From positions 10,272 to 74,271 of the forward strand of contig CANQJL010000004.1 of the NCBI GenBank assembly GCA_947624245.1: a DNA stretch of 64,000 nucleotides, given 5' to 3'. The position numbers and the translations under genes were made by a program. The notes below the pieces were generated by a model. The model saw only the letters and a list, made by a program, of their open reading frames with translations. It was not told where the DNA came from and searched no databases. Source of the stretch: an uncultured Acetatifactor sp. Its GTDB lineage: Bacteria; Bacillota; Clostridia; Lachnospirales; Lachnospiraceae. This document shows positions 58,334 to 64,000 of the stretch, one piece after another (positions within the stretch are counted from its first letter, which is position 1; every line of letters begins with the position of its first letter).

Positions 58334-59248
58334 TTGAAAAAGGATTTGCGGGAACTCCCTAAATTGCGGGATAGCATCAGTTATGTGTACATGGAACATG
58401 CAAGAATTGAACAGGAAGCCGCTGCAGTCATCTTTGAGGTTGAAGATGGGAAAATACCTGTTCCGGTAGCTTCTCTGACTTGTCTTATGTTAGGCCCCGG
58501 AACAACGATTACTCATGCAGCGGTAAAAACAATAACGGAAAATGGTTGCCTGATCATATGGTGCGGTGAAAATGCAACACGATTCTATGCGAGCGGTATG
58601 GGCGAAACCAGAAGTGCTCGAAATGTTCTGCTGCAGGCGCAACTGTGCATGGATCCGGAAAAACACATCAAAGTTGTCAGAAAAATGTATGAAATAAGGT
58701 TCCCTAATATGCCGACTCAAGGACTGACATTGGAGCAGATTCGGGGAATGGAAGGAATTCGTGTGCGTCAGACATATCAGGTGGCTTCTAAGCAATATGG
58801 AGTAAAATGGCACGCTCGAGACTATAAACAAGACGATTGGGATCGAGCAGATCCGATCAATCGCGCTTTATCGGAAGCGAATGCTATTTTGTACAGTCTA
58901 TGTCAAGCTGCAATTATTTCATTGGGGTATTCTACGGCAATGGGGTTTATTCATACTGGAAAAATGTTATCATTCGTGTATGATATTGCAGATTTGTATA
59001 AGACGGAGACAACAATTCCTGCGGCATTTGAGGCTGCGCGTGGAAATGAGAATGAATTGTCTAGGAATGTACGGATTTATTGTCGTAAATACTTTTCTTC
59101 CGCCGGTATTTTAAAAAGAATTGCAAAGGATATCGAGCAAATATTTTCTATACAGGAGTCGGAAAGCGATTTTTCGAACTCTGTTGGTGAAATTTGGACA
59201 GAGACGGGAAATTCCATAAAGGGTGGGGTGAATTATGGAAAGGAGTGA
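58334..59248 (+). CDS. cas1: Cas1, type I-E
   Basis: RDSISYVYMEH, LMLGPGTTITH, RGMEG..VR, GFIHTG..LSFVYDIADLYK; in-frame TTG start after AGGAG. Confidence 0.95.
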   Translation: MKKDLRELPKLRDSISYVYMEHARIEQEAAAVIFEVEDGKIPVPVASLTCLMLGPGTTITHAAVKTITENGCLIIWCGENATRFYASGMGETRSARNVLLQAQLCMDPEKHIKVVRKMYEIRFPNMPTQGLTLEQIRGMEGIRVRQTYQVASKQYGVKWHARDYKQDDWDRADPINRALSEANAILYSLCQAAIISLGYSTAMGFIHTGKMLSFVYDIADLYKTETTIPAAFEAARGNENELSRNVRIYCRKYFSSAGILKRIAKDIEQIFSIQESESDFSNSVGEIWTETGNSIKGGVNYGKE

Positions 59249-59526
59249 TGAATATCGTAGCATTTATTATTGAATCGGCACCGGACAGCTTGTGTGGAGA
59301 ATTGACACGGTGGATGATTGAACCAAAACATGGAGTCTTTGTAGGCAATGTTAATGCTTTGATACGGGATAAATTATGGGATAAAATCCAAAATGCAGGT
59401 AGGGAAACTAATGCCATCATGATATTCAGCACCGATTCGGAGCAAGGATACTCACTGGAAATGTTTGGTAGTCCCAAAAGGAGAGTTGTAGACATAGATG
59501 GTATTGAACTCATAAAAATCCTGTAA
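59248..59526 (+). CDS. cas2: Cas2, type I-E (no DnaQ fusion)
   Basis: GELTRWMIEPKHGVFVGNV...RDKLW, VDIDGIEL; 92 aa. Confidence 0.95.
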   Translation: MNIVAFIIESAPDSLCGELTRWMIEPKHGVFVGNVNALIRDKLWDKIQNAGRETNAIMIFSTDSEQGYSLEMFGSPKRRVVDIDGIELIKIL

Positions 59527-59545
59527 AATAAGCAATTTTTTTAGT

Positions 59546-61010
59546 GTATACCCCACGCGAGTGGGGATGAACCGATGATGTAGAGTACACCGATGAGGAG
59601 TGGACAAAGTATACCCCACGCGAGTGGGGATGAACCGCAAGCGCGGCAGAGATTGACCATGCCTTCCAACGTATACCCCACGCGAGTGGGGATGAACCGT
59701 CTGCTCTGTCGTCCGCACACCAAAATTATCTGGTATACCCCACGCGAGTGGGGATGAACCGTGAGTAGTGGTATTGGACTTGTGGAAAGAAGCCGTATAC
59801 CCCACGCGAGTGGGGATGAACCGTATTATATCAGATATAGCACATGACATTAAAACGTATACCCCACGCGAGTGGGGATGAACCGCTAATGGGAAATCTT
59901 GATTATACTATACTCCGTAGTATACCCCACGCGAGTGGGGATGAACCGTAAGACTGGCACAATTAGAGGTATGCGACAGATGTATACCCCACGCGAGTGG
60001 GGATGAACCGGAGAGAGACGGGAAGCCCATAGGACACATATTGTATACCCCACGCGAGTGGGGATGAACCGTCCAAAACCTGCAAGGTTGATTATGTTGA
60101 TTAGTATACCCCACGCGAGTGGGGATGAACCGACAAAACCCACCCCATTGAGCATTACAATTTCTTCGTATACCCCACGCGAGTGGGGATGAACCGATGT
60201 TGTAGTACTTAAAAACACGGCTACTATGGCGTATACCCCACGCGAGTGGGGATGAACCTTCGTCTTGTACTTGTCAATCTTGTTTCTTACAAGTATACCC
60301 CACGCGAGTGGGGATGAACCGGACATAGCGATCTACGGATTTGTCAGCGCGGAAGGTATACCCCACGCGAGTGGGGATGAACCGGAGAAATAGGAGTCTC
60401 TAGTGTCTACCTCGGAACGTATACCCCACGCGAGTGGGGATGAACCGAAGAACGCGAGCGTAGGAAAGAACTGGAAAGCGTATACCCCACGCGAGTGGGG
60501 ATGAACCGCGGAAGAGGGTGCAGACCAAAGCCCTGCCGTATGTATACCCCACGCGAGTGGGGATGAACCGGACTACACCGGGAAGAAGGTGACGGTCGAG
60601 CGGAGTATACCCCACGCGAGTGGGGATGAACCGCTGTCCACAATCATAAACATTTGCGAAAACTCTGTATACCCCACGCGAGTGGGGATGAACCGTGTCG
60701 AATTTATTCTTGCATTTCAGCCCCGTTGGTATACCCCACGCGAGTGGGGCTGAACCGGACAATCAGTCGTTCCTGCGCTTGGACATCTCTGTATACCCCA
60801 CGTGAGTGGGGTTGAACCGCAAGTCGGCTATTATGTCACATTGAAGCAGGACGTATACCCCACATGAGTGGGGATGAACCGACCTTTGCCACGATGCTGT
60901 ATTTTGCTGGAACACGTATACCCCACATAAGTGGGGCTGAACCGACGGCAGAGCTGTTAGTCATCACTTTGGACGTGGTCAGTATACCCCGCCCAAATGA
61001 AAATGTTTTT
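59546..61010 (+). CRISPR. Type I-E CRISPR array: 23 near-complete repeats plus 1 degenerate terminal repeat, 23 spacers
   Basis: 29-nt repeat GTATACCCCACGCGAGTGGGGATGAACCG; degeneration at the right end places the leader next to cas2. Confidence 0.99.
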
Positions 61011-61123
61011 CGGCGTTCCCGCAGCTGCTTGCGCAACCTGAAAGAATCTGCTATATTTTTTGTTGAGATAGCGATTATAACTAAATTTCAGCAACTTTAA
61101 CATGCCCTAGGCAAAGGAGCCGT

Positions 61124-61612
61124 ATGAGCAAATTCAATCTGTTTGATATTTCAAAGGCAGAGACAATCAGATATTCCAAAATACAAAGGATGCTGTCTAT
61201 TCTTAACGGCGACACAAATGGAGCGGCCGCAGATATCACAGATAACTTGATCGCATCTATGGATATCTGTCCTTTTCGCGTGGGGAAAAGGATATCGATT
61301 GACGGTCAAACAATCAAGATCGGCAAAAAATGCTGGCAATCCTATGAAATCCAAAAGGTCACCGCAAATACGGAGGGTTCCATGGCAATCTACGACCGTT
61401 CCGGTAAAAAGATATGCGGCTGTCTGAGCCTGAATGTGTCTTTGCAAAATATTGAGCTGTTCTGTATCTGGGTGCGAAAATATAATATCGCGGCAGAAAT
61501 CAGATCCGGAAAAATGGAACGGTTTTTTCAATATGCACTGCTGGTGATCACGATCCTGATGGTCCTGCTATATAAAATGCGGCGTATCATAATAAGACAT
61601 ATTATTCTGTAG
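61124..61612 (+). CDS. Hypothetical protein with a C-terminal TM helix
   Basis: AAGGAG RBS; no recognised motif. Confidence 0.6.
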   Translation: MSKFNLFDISKAETIRYSKIQRMLSILNGDTNGAAADITDNLIASMDICPFRVGKRISIDGQTIKIGKKCWQSYEIQKVTANTEGSMAIYDRSGKKICGCLSLNVSLQNIELFCIWVRKYNIAAEIRSGKMERFFQYALLVITILMVLLYKMRRIIIRHIIL

Positions 61613-61811
61613 AACGGCGCCTGCGGGCCGCTGCAAAGCGTTCCTACTGAAGATTGGCTTGAATGGCAGGAGACAATCCCCCAATTTACTTTTGAATTTT
61701 GATATGTTATACTGACCTTGTTCGTGCCGGGAAACGGCCGGGCATTTGGCATTGCGGCTCCTTGGCAAAAGGAGCTTTCGCATAGGAAGATCACGGAGGA
61801 AGAGACAGAAA

Positions 61812-62909
61812 ATGAAACTAGGCATAATCGGCCTGCCCAATGTGGGCAAGAGCACATTATTTAATTCCCTGACCAAGGCGGGGGCGGAGTCCGCCAATTA
61901 CCCGTTCTGTACCATAGACCCCAACATCGGCGTGGTAGCCGTGCCGGATGAGAGACTGAAGCTTTTGGGAGATATGTATCACTCCAAAAAGGTGACGCCC
62001 GCGGTAATCGAGTTCGTGGACATCGCGGGACTGGTGAAGGGCGCCTCCAAGGGGGAAGGTCTGGGCAACCAGTTTCTGAGCAATATCCGCGAGGTGGATG
62101 CCATTGTGCATGTGGTGCGCTGTTTTGAAGACACGAATGTGGTCCATGTGGACGGAAGCGTCAATCCCCTTAGAGATATCGAGACCATCAACCTTGAGCT
62201 GATCTTTGCGGATCTGGAGGTTTTGGAGAGAAGGATCGCCAAGGTGGCGAAGACGGCCAGAATGGACAAGACCGCCGCGAAGGAACTGGCGCTCTTGGAG
62301 CGGGTGAAAGCGCATCTGGAGAGCGGCAAGCCGGCCAAGACGGTGGAGACGGAGGACGAGGACGAGCTGGCGATCTTAAAGGAATGTAATCTGCTGACAT
62401 ATAAGCCGGTGATCTATGCTGCCAATGTGGGGGAGGACGATCTGGCGGACGACGGCGCCTCCAACGCCATGGTGGCGGAGGTGAAAAAGCTTGCCGCAAG
62501 CGAACACAGCGAGGCGTTCGTGATCTGCGCCCAGATCGAGCAGGAGATCTCCGAGCTGGAGGACGACGAGAAGGCCATGTTCCTTGAGGATATGGGGCTT
62601 GCCGAGTCGGGCCTCGAGAAGCTGGTCAGGGCCAGCTATAAGCTTCTGGGGCTGATGAGCTTTCTGACCGCCGGTGAAGATGAGACCAGAGCCTGGACCA
62701 TCAAGATCGGCACCAAAGCGCCTCAGGCGGCGGGCAAGATACACTCTGACTTTGAGAGGGGCTTTATCAAAGCCGAGGTGGTCAACTATAAGGATCTGCT
62801 GGAGCAGGGCTCACTGGCGGCGGCCCGCGAGAAGGGCCTTGTGGGCATGGAAGGCAAGGACTATGTGGTAAAGGACGGGGACGTGATCCTGTTTCGGTTC
62901 AACGTCTAG
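61812..62909 (+). CDS. ychF: Redox-regulated ATPase YchF
   Basis: GLPNVGKST, NYPFCTI, DIAGLVKGAS.GEGLGNQFL, IHSDFERGFIKAE, FRFNV. Confidence 0.98.
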   Translation: MKLGIIGLPNVGKSTLFNSLTKAGAESANYPFCTIDPNIGVVAVPDERLKLLGDMYHSKKVTPAVIEFVDIAGLVKGASKGEGLGNQFLSNIREVDAIVHVVRCFEDTNVVHVDGSVNPLRDIETINLELIFADLEVLERRIAKVAKTARMDKTAAKELALLERVKAHLESGKPAKTVETEDEDELAILKECNLLTYKPVIYAANVGEDDLADDGASNAMVAEVKKLAASEHSEAFVICAQIEQEISELEDDEKAMFLEDMGLAESGLEKLVRASYKLLGLMSFLTAGEDETRAWTIKIGTKAPQAAGKIHSDFERGFIKAEVVNYKDLLEQGSLAAAREKGLVGMEGKDYVVKDGDVILFRFNV

Positions 62910-62950
62910 CGAGGTGAAAAAGTCCTGTGTGACGGAAAGGTAAGAAGGAA

Positions 62951-63817
62951 ATGAATCCAGGAGACATTGCATTCCCGAATCTGGGAATCTATCTGCGGAA
63001 CGTACCGAAATCGTTCAGCATTTTCGGGTTCGAGATCCGCCTGTACGGAGTGATCATCGCCATCGGTATCATTGCGGGATTTCTGATGGCGCTGCACATT
63101 GCAAAGAAGACGGCTCAGGATCCGGATTTGTATTGGGATTTCGTTCTCTATGTGGTGCCGATATCCGTTATCTGTGCCAGAATCTATTATGTGATCTTTG
63201 CGTGGGATTATTACAGGGACAATCTGCTCGGAATCTTCAACATAAGGAACGGCGGTCTGGCTATCTACGGCGGCGTCATCGGGGCGTTTGCCACGTTGTT
63301 CGTCTATTGCAGGATCAAGAAGCAGAACCCGCTGCTTCTGGGGGATACCGCGATGGCGGGACTGATTCTGGGGCAGGCCATCGGGCGATGGGGCAATTTT
63401 ACGAACCGCGAGGTGTTCGGCGAATATTATAACGGCCTGTTTTCCATGCAGCTTCCCGTGGAAGCCGTGCGGGCGCAGGATATCTCGTTGAATATCATGG
63501 AACACATTCCGGAAGGCGCAAATTACATCAACGTTCACCCCACCTTCCTGTATGAGAGCGTGTGGAATCTGCTCGTCATGGCGCTGATCCTGTTCTGGCG
63601 CAGGCACAAGAAGTTTGACGGCGAGCTGTGTCTTTTGTATTTTGCCGGCTACGGTCTGGGTAGATTCGTCATTGAGGGCATAAGGACGGACACGCTCTTT
63701 GTGCCGGGAACGGCGATCAAGGTCTCGCAGCTCTTGTCCGCGCTGATGGTCCTGTTCGCCGTGGCGACGGATATCATCGTGCGGGTGAGACAAAAAGAAC
63801 ACCCCGCCGAGGCGTAG
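62951..63817 (+). CDS. lgt: Prolipoprotein diacylglyceryl transferase
   Basis: ARIYYV, GGLAIYGG, GQAIGRWGNF.N.E, HPTFLYES. Confidence 0.97.
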   Translation: MNPGDIAFPNLGIYLRNVPKSFSIFGFEIRLYGVIIAIGIIAGFLMALHIAKKTAQDPDLYWDFVLYVVPISVICARIYYVIFAWDYYRDNLLGIFNIRNGGLAIYGGVIGAFATLFVYCRIKKQNPLLLGDTAMAGLILGQAIGRWGNFTNREVFGEYYNGLFSMQLPVEAVRAQDISLNIMEHIPEGANYINVHPTFLYESVWNLLVMALILFWRRHKKFDGELCLLYFAGYGLGRFVIEGIRTDTLFVPGTAIKVSQLLSALMVLFAVATDIIVRVRQKEHPAEA

Positions 63818-63918
63818 AAGACGGCGGAAATCGCAAAAAAATTTAATTTTATGAAAAAAATTTAAAAAAGGGCAGTTTTTTAGCAGACCATAGATGTGCC
63901 GTGCCGAAAACTGCCCTT

Positions 63919-63934
63919 ATACTATATCTAGTGG
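63919..63934. promoter_or_regulatory. Candidate NrdR box
   Basis: ATACTATATCTAGTGG matches 13 of 16 to ACACTATATATAGTGT. Confidence 0.5.
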
Positions 63935-63944
63935 TCACAGACTT

Positions 63945-63980
63945 AAAAGGCGCTCCAAATGCCCGTGTGGAGCGCCTTTT
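63945..63980. terminator. Bidirectional terminator-like hairpin
   Basis: AAAAGGCGCTCCA...TGGAGCGCCTTTT. Confidence 0.55.
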
Positions 63981-64000
63981 GGCGTCTTCGAGGTAAAAAA

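Noticed and set aside
59452-60762. ORFs over the CRISPR array
   Set aside because: Artefacts of translating the repeats
59575-60981. Self-targeting of array spacers within this window
   Set aside because: No match found by eye; a proper alignment against the whole genome and phage databases is needed

Overview
Mostly housekeeping chromosome of a gut Firmicute; gene content and order suggest Lachnospiraceae (inference). Core blocks: hemZ 3' end, feoA-feoB with a DtxR-family regulator, a beta-mannosidase/AGE isomerase/PfkB operon, hisS-aspS, a heterodimeric ABC exporter, cls, murE-priA-def-fmt-yugP-rsmB-rlmN-stp-pknB-rsgA, manC-manA, ychF and lgt. Three AT-richer accessory patches interrupt them: about 0.5-6.6 kb, 25.1-28.7 kb and 50.7-61.0 kb. 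The last is a complete type I-E CRISPR-Cas locus (cas3-cas8e-cas11-cas7-cas5-cas6e-cas1-cas2) with 24 repeats and 23 spacers. Best finding: a hidden one-spacer CRISPR-like mini-array in the cas3 leader (51138-51227). Its 32-nt spacer matches 13 of 14 nt (only mismatch at position 6) to a site with an AAG PAM just downstream of the near-consensus cas promoter, making it a candidate Cascade-guided autorepressor RNA. Other points: three apparent toxin genes are each broken while their partner genes stay intact; spacer lengths are unusually variable for I-E; there is a 134-bp hairpin-rich tandem repeat, paired LytTR-like boxes, cassette-like repeats and a candidate sRNA.
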